A DNA stretch of 64,000 nucleotides from Vairimorpha necatrix (Eukaryota): positions 868,001 through 932,000 of the forward strand of contig CP142729.1 of assembly GCA_036630325.1 (NCBI GenBank). The letters run 5' to 3'. This document shows positions 51,321 to 64,000 of the stretch, piece by piece. The first letter of the stretch is position 1. Each line of letters starts with the position of its first letter. The notes under the pieces are model-generated. The model was given only the letters and a program-made list of their open reading frames with translations, made no database searches and had not been told where the DNA came from. Made by a program: the position numbers and the translations under genes.

Positions 51321-52080
51321 TTTTTATTTCTTTGCAAGTAAGGCTTAGGGATCATTGGTATTCGGACGTGGTCCACATCGAACTGATTCAGTTAGAGTCT
51401 TACTTACTATAATATAGCATAAAAGGCACAAGTGTAGGATGTTACGCCGTATTCATGGACTACGGAACAAGAGAATATTTTAAAATATACCTTAAATAAC
51501 GTCGAAAGTGATTTCACAGCGGATATACTTAACGGCCATGAGTTTATTAACCCGAGAAAAGACATCATTTTACTAAATCAAAGGTCTTTTCAATAATCCG
51601 AATCACACTTGCGACTCCTTACACCATCACATCACTAGCTCGACATTAAAATTGTGCTGCTTTGATCCAAAACGTACACTAGATACGGCCATCGTGTTAC
51701 AGAACATTAGAATAGGAGCTATTAAAGCTTCGATTGCCCCATTTCGTCTAATCTCTTAGTAGCTCTAGATTTTTACTCTTGAGTGTATTGGCCATAAGTC
51801 CAAATAGGTCGTACCCATCATGCACTTTTATGTAAGAAATAGTCAACAATGGTGATAATGTCTCTGGCCCTGAGATGCGTTTCTACTCTATATGTTAATT
51901 ATCTCTTGCCTTGACACATAAAGTTTCATTGAATCAACTTAATGATATTCGTAAATATTAAAGGCGTCTGAAATGTTTCAACTGCATCATAGAAAAGAGA
52001 AACAATTTCGGTGCCCCCGGGATTCAAACCAAGACAATTCTAAATTGAAGCATTACATTATACTACTGCCTAAGCGCACC
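51321..52080 (-). mobile_element. SINE copy E (old; closest to copy B)
   Basis: Full-length homology with the head ending GCGCACC at 52080. Lacks the gypsy C insertion. Confidence 0.8.
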
Positions 52081-52145
52081 TTTAGAATTTTTACCATTAA
52101 AAAACTGATCAATTTGGAAATCATATAATCTACATTTTTTTTTAT

Positions 52146-53654
52146 TAAGAGCCTTTCAAAATTAGCTTTTTAATTTGCTCCAGTTAAAACAGTTTCTATG
52201 CTTGTTCATAGTTGTTTGTATTCCAAAATTCTTCAGACACTCTGTCAAATTGTAAGATATATACAAGGCGGGTTCGGTTTCAAAACAGAGCAAATAAATA
52301 TTACGCGCTTCTTCATACAAAACTTCTTTAGCCATAACTCTTACTACAATGTAAATTATATATGGATCAAAAACTTCGTTATAAGATCACAATTGCAACA
52401 CTCCAATTCTTCAAAACAATCTTAAAGGAGAGTTAGATGGCAACTGGTCGTTATTACATTTTAAATATTTTTTATTGCGTCAGTTTATTTACCATACGTC
52501 ATAACATAAGCCGAAATTGTGACAAAATACCATAGCAATTATATTAGTGTTATCAGCCTATCAACTAGTACCGAAGCTTACATCCAAATGAGATTTATAA
52601 ATAAGACAACAGAGAGCATCTCCTTTGAAACCGGCAGGACTCGGGAAGGAGGATCTGGAACTAAGTACATAGTAGAGAAGCTAGAAGGTGGTGTAACCAG
52701 ATAGAGTACGCGGCAGTTGAAGCAAATTAGATAAAAAACCACCTTAATAGCTTAATAAATAAATTATATTGCTTCGTGATTTTTTCTTTAAGATTGAGCT
52801 AGTTGTTTAATCTAACAGAAAGAATTATTTTGCTTGCTATGAATCATAAATTTATTTGAGATCTTTGAACACATTTCTGTGTTCTCTGTGATTTCATAGA
52901 TATGCGCAATCTGAAGGTTGACATCATCTTTATAAAAATCAAACTTTACTAATGGTCCTAAAAATTTAAAAACTCCAAGCGCATCTGTGAATTTACTCTC
53001 CTTTTTGTAACAGATCCCAATTCAGTACATAATTTCGAGTACTTTTGGGAGTTCCAAGTCGGCAGATAGGATTGGGGTAAACCACTCCCGCCCCATTCAA
53101 AATTTTCTATAGATCGTAAATTTATCCTAGACTGTACAAGAAGAATAAATAATACGTTATGCATATAAATACGATAAAAAATCATCGTAGGCTTCTACGT
53201 CACGACCTCTCTCTAACAAAATATGCCTTTCTAAAATAGTGGCAGATCTTTGTTTCGGGTCCATGGATCTAATTTTATCTACTATCTCTTTTGTCAATTC
53301 TAAATTGTCCTGTTGCAAGAAGCATTTCCCAAGAACGTTAGAGAAATAATGTTCTTGGGATTGACCAATAATGCTTCATTACAACATTTAGTGGACTCCC
53401 ATATGTTTAGATTTATCTTGTTTCTATGGCTTCGAACCTTCTTACTTTTTTCGAATGCCATTTCCATTTGTAAGTAAATGGCTTCCTTCATAATAAAGAG
53501 CGGTCAATTGGGTGTCTTTATGATCATTTGGTATTTATTAACCAGTACTATGGTTAATAGTCGTCGTTTGTAAAATTTATAGCAATTATTTGATTTTGTC
53601 CTTTTCCAATCGAAAAGCAGGGGTTAAAAAAAAATTATTTTTTAGAAAGTTCAT
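52146..53654 (-). pseudogene. TPR-repeat protein pseudogene, copy E
   Basis: Colinear with copy B (STKCCNEALLVNPKN etc.). Frameshifted. Confidence 0.65.
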
Positions 53655-54326
53655 TGATGTGTTTGACAGATAAATAATATTACTCTTTAGTCAAAAAATC
53701 GTTTAGAAATGTCGATTAAATGATCTAAATAGAAACAATGCGCGGTTCTACGTATTTTTTGTATATATTCTTTAAGTCGCTAGTTTATTAATTGAAAGAT
53801 ACAAGAGAAAAACAATTGATTTTGAGAACAATAATCTGATATAAAAAAATCAAGTGTGTAAAAATAAACTTGTTTAAAATTTATTTTATGAATTTTATTA
53901 TAAAGTCGTCCCTAAATTTACATCTATTCATATGGTATTTTCTTTTTGTAAAAATCATACATTCATATTTTAAACTTCTCCTGTCTGAGTGCGACTCTTT
54001 AAAACATATAAACAAATAAATAATAAAACTCATTTTCAGTAATTTAAATTTTTGGCAAATTTTTAACAAAATCCTTTTATTAAGTGGGTATTATTCAATG
54101 GGTATGTCTAAGGGGAAAAAGTAAATAATCAATATGTTGAAGTTTAAACAAATTTAATTTTCTTTGTCCTTAATTTTATAGAATCAAAAATATAATTACA
54201 AATAGGCATTCCTTTTTATTATACCAAAGCTTCAAAAACGTTGCATTTTTATCAATATAAGTAAAAGATCAAAACAATTTTAAGTAGACTTAAAATTTGA
54301 TCTTTGTTAGTATAAATATTTGTTAA

Positions 54327-55083
54327 TTTTTTTTCTTTGCAAGTAAGGCGTAGGGATCATAGGTATTTGGGTGTTATCCTTATCAAACAGATTTAGTTAG
54401 ATTCTTACTCACTATAATTTATCATAAAAGGCATCAGTGCGGGATGTTACGCCGTATACATGGATTTTAGACAAAGAGAACATTTTAAATATATGCATCA
54501 AATCTCGTCGAGAGCAATTTCACAGAGGATATACTTAACGGCATAAATTAGATAGTCCGAGGAGAGACAATAATGTATTAAATCAAAGGTCTTTTCAATT
54601 ATCAAAATCGCATATACGGCTCCTTAGCCCACAGCAATATCTTAGCATTTTTATTGGGCTGCTTTTATTCGAAACGTACACTAGTTGCGGCCACTGTGCT
54701 TTAGAATATTAGGATAAGAACTAATAAACCTTTTATTGCCCTACTTCGTCTAGTCTCTTAGTTAACTCTAGGATCCCACTTTAGAGTGCAATAGCTATGG
54801 GTTCAGCTAGGCTGTACATAACACATACTTCTATGTATCGTTAAGTCACCACATGCAGTGGGATCCTGATTTTAGGCCTTGGTGCGTTTATACACTAGAT
54901 GCTAGTCCCTTTGTGGCTGAACACACTAAGCCACATGAATCAACTTAATTATCATCGTTGACATTTTTAATGTTTGGTTCTTCCGTTGCATCATAAAAAG
55001 AGGACCGTTTTTGTGCTCTTGGGAACCGAACCTAGCCATTGCATAATGGAAGCATCGCCTTCTACCACTTGGATAAGGGCACC
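54327..55083 (-). mobile_element. SINE copy F (old) with probable TSD
   Basis: Head GGTGCCCTTATCCAAGTGGTAGAAGGCG...GGTTCGGTTCCC. Flanks AAATATTTGTTAA (before the tail) and AAATATTTATTAA (after the head). Confidence 0.8.
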
Positions 55084-57759
55084 ATTATCAAATATTTATT
55101 AAACCCAGACTTGTAATAAAAAGGTTGCCGTACGAATTAAAATTTTAAAGTTGAAAATATTTATACAGCAAAATAAAGTACAATAAAGGTTATAAAGTTA
55201 ATTAAGTATGGGTGCTTGGCGTGGTTATAAAGATCGAAGAAAGACCTTGATCTTATTTAACGTTTAAACAATAAGTTCAAGCCTCACAATTAATGAAACG
55301 AAAGAGTAGCACTTCTTAAAAATATTACCTGTTAAATTTCAAGAACTACAATATAAATTTATTTAAATTTGAGATATATGAACATTCGCTGTTAACAATT
55401 CTATTATTTAATAATTCTATGATTAAAGTTTACACTAACTCATTTGTGGAACAGAGGCCAGTACGGATAAGTAGTTCTTGGTATGTATGGGACTTAATAA
55501 AACTTCAACTGTCTCTTAATCTATTTACATAGTAAGATACAAAATAAAAAATTCTCCTTATTCTATTTAACAATACTCTATAAATGCATGTAGCAAAAAT
55601 TAAATAGTAGATGTTTACATGATCTCTTTCTTGATTTATACTGTAATAGTGGTCAAATATTTATGTACCCTCATTTCTCCTTCTTTTTTGCACTTTTTTG
55701 AGGATAAAAAAGTGAAAGCACCGTGAAGAAGTGGACTTGCCATTCCCATCCTCCTAATCTTCCCGATATTTAAAAACTTGTCCGTTAAGCATATTCGCGA
55801 AGACTCCTTATAACTAGACACACAATATTGAGTAGGTTTCCTTAGCCCGGAGATCGAAAGCAGAGTTCGCGTTTGCTATGGAGGAGTTTGTCTCAGGAGC
55901 GCCAGAGAGTTTCTATTTTCTTTAATCCATTTAGTCTTATAGAGAATGTGAAAAATCAAATTATAAATATCTATAGGAATAAATGAAACTTATGTGCGTA
56001 AGGCCACACAAAGATTATCATTTAGTGTGAAAATTTATTAATTTTGATAAATTATAGACGTTAAGGTATCTGCTAATTAAAGTTTAGTTGGACCCATGAC
56101 TGGAGACTTATGAGTAAGATCCTGGCTAAATAATAGACTTGACAGGTATAATAATAGAATGTCTCGGTGAATTCATCCTACGAGTTCGGGAACAGGGTAT
56201 AAGAAAATGGCAGGCAACTAGAAAAAAAAGTAGACTAATAGAAAATAGCGGGACATGAGTTTGTGGGTCGTGTGATAAATACATGTAACTGTAGGGAACT
56301 TTTGCGCTAATTCGACGAGTCTCTCCTTATATTATTATTACAATGACAATCAAGTATATCTATGCAGTCACTTTGCCGCGATCCGAGCTATATTGAATAA
56401 TATTTCCTCGTGACAAAGTCCAAATGATCCAGCGCAGCTTGCTGTACTACACTTGCCATGGAAGAAGTTTTAGTAGTCATAAATCCTATTACACCATTTT
56501 ATAAGAAATTCTTATTAATCCTTTCGTTTTTATGTAGGTTTATCCACTTTTAACTGCAAACAAATAGCACGAGATATAAAGTGAAAAATATTCTCTAAGC
56601 CAAAGTTTAGGGATATTAAGCTATATGTTGCGCCATAAAAACATGGAAAATCTTTGATGAGCTAGAATCCTAAGTATCGTTGGATAAGTTTTATGTAAAT
56701 TCTATCGAACCTGCTTAAGGTCTATCCCTGCTACTTAATTACAATCAAAATTGACTCTCTTGTTAAAAAACATCTTTAAAATATTTTTATATAAAGCCAT
56801 CTTAAATACAAAATTTCTTCTAAAAAGAAATAACAAAATTTTCGTCTGACTTATTATCTTCTCAATCATAATTATCATTGTGGGGATTGAAGTATCCCTG
56901 AGTGCTACTAAAATATTTTTTTTGCCTTCTCTGGCTTATAGTCTAACTCTTTAATGTAATCTAACTGAAATTTTATGCTCTTACAATGGTTGATATATAA
57001 AATACTCGAGACACAAATTTTACACAACATAACACTTTTCTTTACTATGGTAATTTTTAATTCAATTTTCGCTGGACCTTACCTTGCCCTCTATACATTA
57101 AAAGGAGTATCATTAACAATTTCTTCTCTGTAACATTTTTATTTTAACATTATACACTAATTTATAGCAAATTTTAATATCTATTTTGAGGTTCTTAGTA
57201 GTCAAATATCCAATTTTCATTTGTATTTCATCCCGGAGTTAGATGGTCATTGTCGGTACAATAGTTGACTGACGAATTTCACATAAATGGTATAGTAAAG
57301 TTACATATAAATTATATAACAAGTATTATGGTATTAAATTATATAATTATTTATACATATTCTGAATTAAAATATATAAATGTGTCTTATAGAACTTAAT
57401 TCTGTAATATTTCTTCTCTTTTTTATCAATACTTATTTTTTGTTATGCACAATCGATAGTTTTCATATTTCATAAGCAAATCATAGATATTTTGTTCCAG
57501 TTCAAAGTTAAATTGTCTATTCTTATAAAATGTGTTAAAGTCTTTAAAGTTATAAGTTTGTGTAGAAAATATACAAACAAAATAAAATTACATTATATTG
57601 CTTATTTAATGATACATTTCATCGCTTGCGCCTAAACTCTAGTAATTTTCTGTTACTGCCTAGTAAATTATATTGATAGCTCTTTCTTTTCATTTAGATG
57701 CGTTATTTTTTTTATTTTGTAATATTATATATGCTACACAGAAAGATTATTAGGAGCTT

Positions 57760-58693
57760 TGGCCACTGTGGTCAAAAAAGGGTATTTAAGCAAATTTGTC
57801 ATTTTTTACCCCAATAATAAACCGCCGAGAGATGAAGCTAAAAAGAAAATGAAACAACACGATCGTATGGAGACACTAGAGTGTCTAATATGCGATGCTG
57901 AAGCAAAACAGCCACAAAAAATAAGCTTCATGGCTATAGGTGTTTGGGAAGCTTATAGAATCAAAGTGTCATAACAAAAAAAAACCACATTTTATCACAA
58001 AAATTGCATATTTAAGATTTTTATTTTAGAAATAAAACTATTGTCTTGTAAAGTAAAACAAGTCGTCATAAGTTAATTGCTGGGTATTGATCATAAATGT
58101 ATAAGACACATCATAAAAAATAATTTCTTCTATGAGAAACAAGCTTATAATTTAAATTGTAAAATAAAGTTCAGGAATATAGTATAAATAGATGAAAGTC
58201 GATTTGGTAGAGTTTATAACACAGAAGACACCGTATCGATAGTGTCTGGATTTTTGGAGTGGTTAAAGAATAGCACATAGAGAAATTATAATGATCTCAG
58301 TCGATAACAAAAAAAGCCCCCGCTAAAAGAATCAAACAATAATTTCGGTTACTGTGAATCAATAATACATAGTGACTACTACGTCTTACACTAAATTCAT
58401 TGAAAATAAAGCCGAGCACAAAACTGTCAATCATAAACTAGAGTTTGTAAACATATTAAAACTCTTATATCAACACTATTAAAGAAAATTGAAGTGAAGT
58501 AAAAAAAGAGATTTCAGCAAGCCCAGAACAAGACCTCTCCTGATATATTAATATGATAGTGCGAGAATTGTTTAAATTTGATTTATCTACAATATTGATA
58601 AAATTTATTTCTTCATCTTTTTTGCCGTTTTGACTTTCCAAAAAAAGGGTGTTTTTTCGAAAAAATTGTATAGGCCAAAAACGCCACAGTGGC
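57760..58693 (+). mobile_element. Decayed Merlin element
   Basis: Short inverted ends GCCACTGTGG / CCACAGTGGC. Remnants IDESRFG, VWIFGVV, IIHSD and TVNHK. Confidence 0.7.
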
Positions 58694-60154
58694 TCATGAA
58701 AAATAGTAATGAACATGGCAGACTTACAATCGAAAGGCGTGTTAAATTAGGATATTTGTGACAAATAGATATTCAAAGAGGCATGGTTGACTTCATTCAA
58801 TTAAAGACAAAGAGAATTATATTAAAGGAATTGAGTCTTTCTAGTAGGAAATTGATCAGAGTTATCCAACTAAGAATGCACAAGAAAGTATAATTTCGAG
58901 TGATTTAAGACGAGATAAATTTGGTTGAACGATTGTCAAATGACTGTCGCCAGTGTAAACGACAATTTCTGTATCAAAATCTAAACTTGAACATAAAACT
59001 ACTTATTAAGAATATATTAATTATATCAATCCTAAGAAGAAAAACTTTTAGGAAATAGGAAAAAATATGTTGAAAGCTGTAAATTTAAAATATAACTCCT
59101 TTTTTCATTTTATCGTTTTTTTTGTTTTTAAAAATTGATTATTCGACCGGGTTATTTTCGGTCATAACAACCACGATATCATGAGATAAAGGACTTAACA
59201 ACCATTTATTAGAACTCAAGACCAAGAAAGATCATCATGTTAAAATAACTCTTCCCATAAGAATATCCTCGTGGCTGTAACCTTAATAAAATGCATTAAA
59301 CTTAATTTAATCATAATTGCTTAAATATAGCACAACTGGTTATGTCAAAATCAACAACAAAAAATTTGAGAACCATCGACAGAGACTTAATATATACAAT
59401 TACAGATATTTTCAGTGACTTTGTCTACGCTTAAATGGGCGTTTACTATTTTACATATAAGGTAAAATTTTAAAAATCTTTAGGTAAAAATGAAATAAGA
59501 TTAAAAAGTTGAATCCAACAAAAGTTTGTTTGTGAGAATTAAATGAGTTTTGGATACGAAAAAGTTATTGGTTTTAAAAAGTTTTTGTTAATAAGATTGA
59601 TATGTTTTTTATATTGTATGGATTGTTTAATTGATTCCTATATAATAATGTTCAATAATGTGGGACTAATAAATTAAAGTACTATGATCTAAAGACATAA
59701 TACGAATACAGTTGTAAGAGATCTTTCGTTAATTTAAATCATGACTTTGTTTTGATATAAATTAATCATAATCGAAATATTTATTATATAACATTACTAA
59801 AAAATCTAAATAAAAAACATCTGGTTTTAAAAGGGATTTTAAGGATTATGTAATTGTTTTAATATTTTCGTTGTACAATTATGATATACCAAATATTATA
59901 AATTATATTTTTAAAATCTTCTCCTCCAATTTCGTCCAGTTTCCCTCCAACATTTATTTAAATATTTTATCTAGAAAAGAGTAGGAAAGAATGGAAAGAA
60001 AGAATAAAAACATAAAAAAAACAAAACATCATTAAAACTCTTCTTAGTGATGGATACCACAGCAATAAAAAAAAGATTTTTTTAGTAAAACAACAATGTA
60101 TTTGTTTTTTTTTTGGAATTTTTGTAATAAGATGATATGAAGATTTTGGGTGAA

Positions 60155-61145
60155 GGATACATTAGACCTCCATCCTTTTGAGACGCTTAGATTTTTTTAG
60201 AACCCCAAAATTGAAATGCAAAAAAAAGGAGCAAGAAAGGGACAAAAATTACTAAGCACTTATGACATTTAAAACAACAAATATATATGCATAGATACAA
60301 AAATTAATTTTAGATTTAGTTATAATTGTTGTAACTCTACTTAACAATCATTTTTATTCATCACATACCAAACTGTTTCAGTACAAGTTTGTCCAATCCG
60401 ACATATTTATCACAAACCATTGTTTCAGACACAGTATAAAAGAAAAAGTTCTTAAATAAATTTGCAATTTCGTTCAATCTCATTCACTCTTTTCAACAAT
60501 AATAATCATTTATGGTATTGTTTCTTTTTTGCCCGCAATATATTTTCATTTTTTTTCATTGTTGGTTTATTATAAAATAGATTTTTTCAGAAAATCTTTT
60601 TTTACAATAAACCAACAATGAAAAATATAAATAACGTTTATATAAGAAAAATTAAATAAATGTTCAAAGAACTATATAGATTGTTAAATCAAAAAAATTT
60701 AATTTAAAATATGTTAAGTTATTTAGAATTATTTAGGTTTATGGTTATATACTTTTTTAAATTAAATTTCGCATACAAATATATATTTATTTGGTATTTC
60801 TACTGTCTAAAGATGCAAGTATTTTAGGTGCTAATGATTGCTTCTCCTTTATTTTGCACTTCGTTTTGGGGGTTATAATAAATAAAGTGAACACACTCAG
60901 AGAAGGGCGTTTTGGTCCCCAATTCTAAAAAATCAGAAGGGCAAAGAATGCTTATTAGTTTATATTATTGTAAAAACTTGTATTAAATATAATTGTTACA
61001 TAAATATATATTTATTATTTGTTTTTAATGTCATAAGTGCTTAGTAATTTTTGTCCTTGTTTTGCTCCTCTTTTTTTTTGCACTTCGATTTTGGGGTTCG
61101 AAAAAATAAAGTGAACACCCTCAGAGGGGGATATTCTAGATCCCA
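60155..61145. repeat. Non-coding foldback/MITE-like inverted repeat
   Basis: ~60190-60290 is the reverse complement of ~61005-61105. Inner hairpin 60553-60624. Partial direct duplication of the right arm at ~60840-60930. Confidence 0.6.
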
Positions 61146-61593
61146 GCTCCCAAACGTTTATATGCAAAATATTACTAAAAAATTTGATCAAATTTTACAG
61201 TTTTATATTTTGTTCTAAATTTATAGTAAACAAATTTAATATTATCATTAAGATCAATATTAATTTATACATAATTATACAACATTCATTGCTAAAACAT
61301 TTACATTATTACCAAGAGGGAAGACTATATGATCATTGTTTATTTGATTAAACATTTTGGTTATTCATGTATTACATTTTTCTGTGGAACATATATTCAT
61401 AATTGTAACTTAATAGTATTATATGTGAATTAACAAAATAATATAAAAAGTATTTTTATTTTTAGACCTTTCGAATAATTAATTGTGACGTGTGTAAACG
61501 TCACAAGAGTTCTATTTGATACTTTAATCAACAAAAAAAAACAAAAATCTTTCAACAAAATGAACAATACAATGATATTTTCATAATTTTTAG

Positions 61594-62810
61594 GGCGCTA
61601 CTTCATTTTCTTGCCCCCCCCCCCCTAGAAAAAAAAATTATTTAGAAGAAATTTTATTTATTCCAACCTACAAAGTTTTAAAATTTTTATATAAGCACAC
61701 CTATGATCATCATTATTGAAATGATTGATATTTTTTTTTCCCAAGCGAATTCTTTTAGAAAAAAATTTATCCTATGCCTTTAAAGCCTCATTCTTGATCT
61801 ATATTCATTCTTCAAATGGGACCACAAATTTTCTATATTATTTGTGTGGTCTCCTTCTGCATTTATAAACCCAAGCGAATGATTTACTTTGTAATGTTCA
61901 CTCCCAAAATTTCTAGAGGCTGGAGGGCATAAAGGGTATCCATCAGAAATTATAATAGAGCCACGTTTTACTCTGTGTCTAAAAAACTCTTCAATAGTAC
62001 CAGATTGTCGATTCGGTAGCAATTCAAGAACAACTTCTCTACAGTTACCTTCTACTATGCCGCCTATAATCCATTGAATTCCAGACATGGAATTCAAAGT
62101 TGAAGAAGGATTAGATACAATTACCCCGTTGCATATGGCGGTTTCATCAAATTGTACACAAACAGAAGTTCCTCATATTTGGTAGCTATCATCGCTTTTA
62201 GAAGCAATGACTTCCATCACTGTATCCTTGATTTTAATATATGAATATTCACATATTTTGCAAAGATCTATTGCTTGGTAAGTAGTATAATTTAATACCC
62301 AGCCATAGAATGTTCTAAGAATTTTGTGAAATTGAACGCTTATCCCTTTAAACATCGTACCATTTTTAAGTGAGCTCTTCGAACTACACTTTTTATTAAC
62401 ACAACGATAAGCTTTACCGTCAATTTGGCCGGAACATCCATTAATGTTCATAAGAACAGTTCGTTCTGATGTCGAACAATGTCTGCAAGCAATCGATCTT
62501 TTTAGAAGACCATTATCTAAAAAAATCAATTGCTGCTTCATTGTGCCTAAAGCACGCATCTTCGCAGATATTTAGCTCCCGAATAGCTTCCTTTAAATTT
62601 CTTATTAAGGATTAAAAAATTAAAATTTTTTAACCCCTTAATGAGGAATCTGAAGGAGGCATTTAAAAATTCTCAAATCGACAAAAAATACCTTAACTTC
62701 ATTTTCTTGCCCCCCTCAAAAAAAAAATGTTTAGATTTGAAAAATAACACGTTTTTGTATCTTTTTATGTATGTTTTTTTTTAGGGGGGGCAAGAAAATG
62801 AAGTAGCGCC
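61594..62810 (-). mobile_element. Merlin transposon M10, disrupted transposase
   Basis: TIR GGCGCTACTTCATTTTCTTGCCCCCC. TSD ATTTTTAG (61586-61593 / 62811-62818). Motifs QFDET, ISDGY and HTNNIENLW. Confidence 0.95.
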
Positions 62811-62818
62811 ATTTTTAG

Positions 62819-64000
62819 TATCTGTTAAGAATCCTATGTGTCAAATATATCATTTTTATGATTCATTTGACAACTTTAAAGTACAGATCATATTCATACT
62901 GTTAAATATTAGTAAAACAATTTTTTGAATTTACTTTGTGATGGAGATCATTACAACACATTTTTTTGCAATAATTAATTTCGAGTATACTCTTTCTAGA
63001 AAATATTTACCATAGAAACTTTCTTTTATTTATAAAAAACATTTTTGACTCCACATGTCATTTGAGAAAGACAAATTTTTGATGAATAATAGTTCTGACT
63101 TAAACTCTTCTGCGGACTCCGAACTCAAAAATTTGAATCTTTTTTCTTTTTACAAAAAAAACGAGCCGGCTCTTACATGGAAAGAAGAAAGAGTTATTGA
63201 TAATCTAGTTGTAATGTCCAACATTACAACTGAAAATTTGTATAGCAATTTTTCCGGTATTCCAAGTTGCGAGTTTATCAATGACAAGTTACAATTTCTT
63301 GATTGTAACAGTCCTGTTGACTCTTATATAATACAAATGTATATTTATTGTGGAGTAATAGACGACTTCTCAATACTCATGAAACTGAAAAATAGTTTTG
63401 AGGATGAAGTAATAAGCACATTTGAGAAGAATGTACTAGATACGTATTATAAAAGACTAAGAGAAGTAGGGTTGTAGACAAAAGAAGTAAGAAAGGCGGT
63501 GAGATACCACATATAATGAGAAATCTAATGTAAGAAAGAGAAACAAGTGGGAATAGGATTGCACATTTTGCAAATCAAAGCTTACAAGTTTGAATGGTTT
63601 AAATTATCATACTAACTATTACTCGGAAGAGAAACAAAAAATGGTGAAGCCATTTAAGTGTCCTATAGATGATTTTCATAAGAAATAAAAAATTAAGAAT
63701 GGCTTCTACTATTATTTTACGCATAGACTTATGGCGGATGCGGAAGATCTTGAAAAGCTTTTTATCAAAGTAAGACTAGAGAATGAGAAATATGAAGAAA
63801 ATTAATAAAAAATATTGTACTTTAAAATTTATATGCCAAATGGAAGCCTGTATTTCTTATATTCAAAAAAGCGTATTTGCTATTGTGGTATTATCCACAT
63901 GTCAAGAAAATCAATTTTTCTAATAAAAACTTTTTCTAGAAAAATGAATTTTCTAGAATTTTATTTTTTATTTTTTATGACTGTTTATTTTTGAAAAAAA
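62819..64000. repeat. Inverted segmental duplication of ~38440-39608, including the start of an element-E LTR at 63884
   Basis: Continuous high-identity reverse-complement match that runs off the window end. Confidence 0.9.
63055..63477 (+). CDS. Hypothetical protein, 140 aa (duplicate of 38950-39372)
   Basis: 137/140 aa identical to the other copy. Confidence 0.45.
   Translation: MSFEKDKFLMNNSSDLNSSADSELKNLNLFSFYKKNEPALTWKEERVIDNLVVMSNITTENLYSNFSGIPSCEFINDKLQFLDCNSPVDSYIIQMYIYCGVIDDFSILMKLKNSFEDEVISTFEKNVLDTYYKRLREVGL

Noticed and set aside
55630-56480. Possible highly decayed LINE RT C-terminal region on the minus strand (SPLLHGAF etc.)
   Set aside because: Motifs are too weak and fragmented to call without a profile search.

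Overview
This is an AT-rich, transposon-saturated eukaryotic window. It is most likely microsporidian, inferred from CCC/GGG motifs just upstream of ATGs, an intron-containing tRNA-Ile(UAU), many Merlin transposons and very compact Ty3/gypsy elements. Almost no ordinary host genes are present. Contents: about 11 Merlin (IS1016/ISXO2-like) copies, 7 of them with 8-bp TSDs read from the sequence; 7 Ty3/gypsy-type LTR elements plus a solo LTR; one MULE; one integrase relic; one tRNA; four TPR (Ssn6/Cyc8-like) pseudogenes; a duplicated 140-aa orphan ORF; and seven copies of a ~790-bp tRNA-headed SINE, with a 5'-truncated retrocopy that shares its tail. Best leads: (1) An LTR lineage (20099-24345, 35768-38543) has a co-varying 12-bp palindrome in place of a tRNA primer-binding site and appears to encode the Gag N-terminus inside the LTR, suggesting tRNA-independent priming. 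(2) The SINE family apparently drives tandem duplication of a TPR gene. (3) A protease-less Gag-RT-IN element sits beside Gag-protease-only elements. (4) A MULE is flanked by a 79-bp direct repeat. All coordinates and identities were read by eye; no searches were run.
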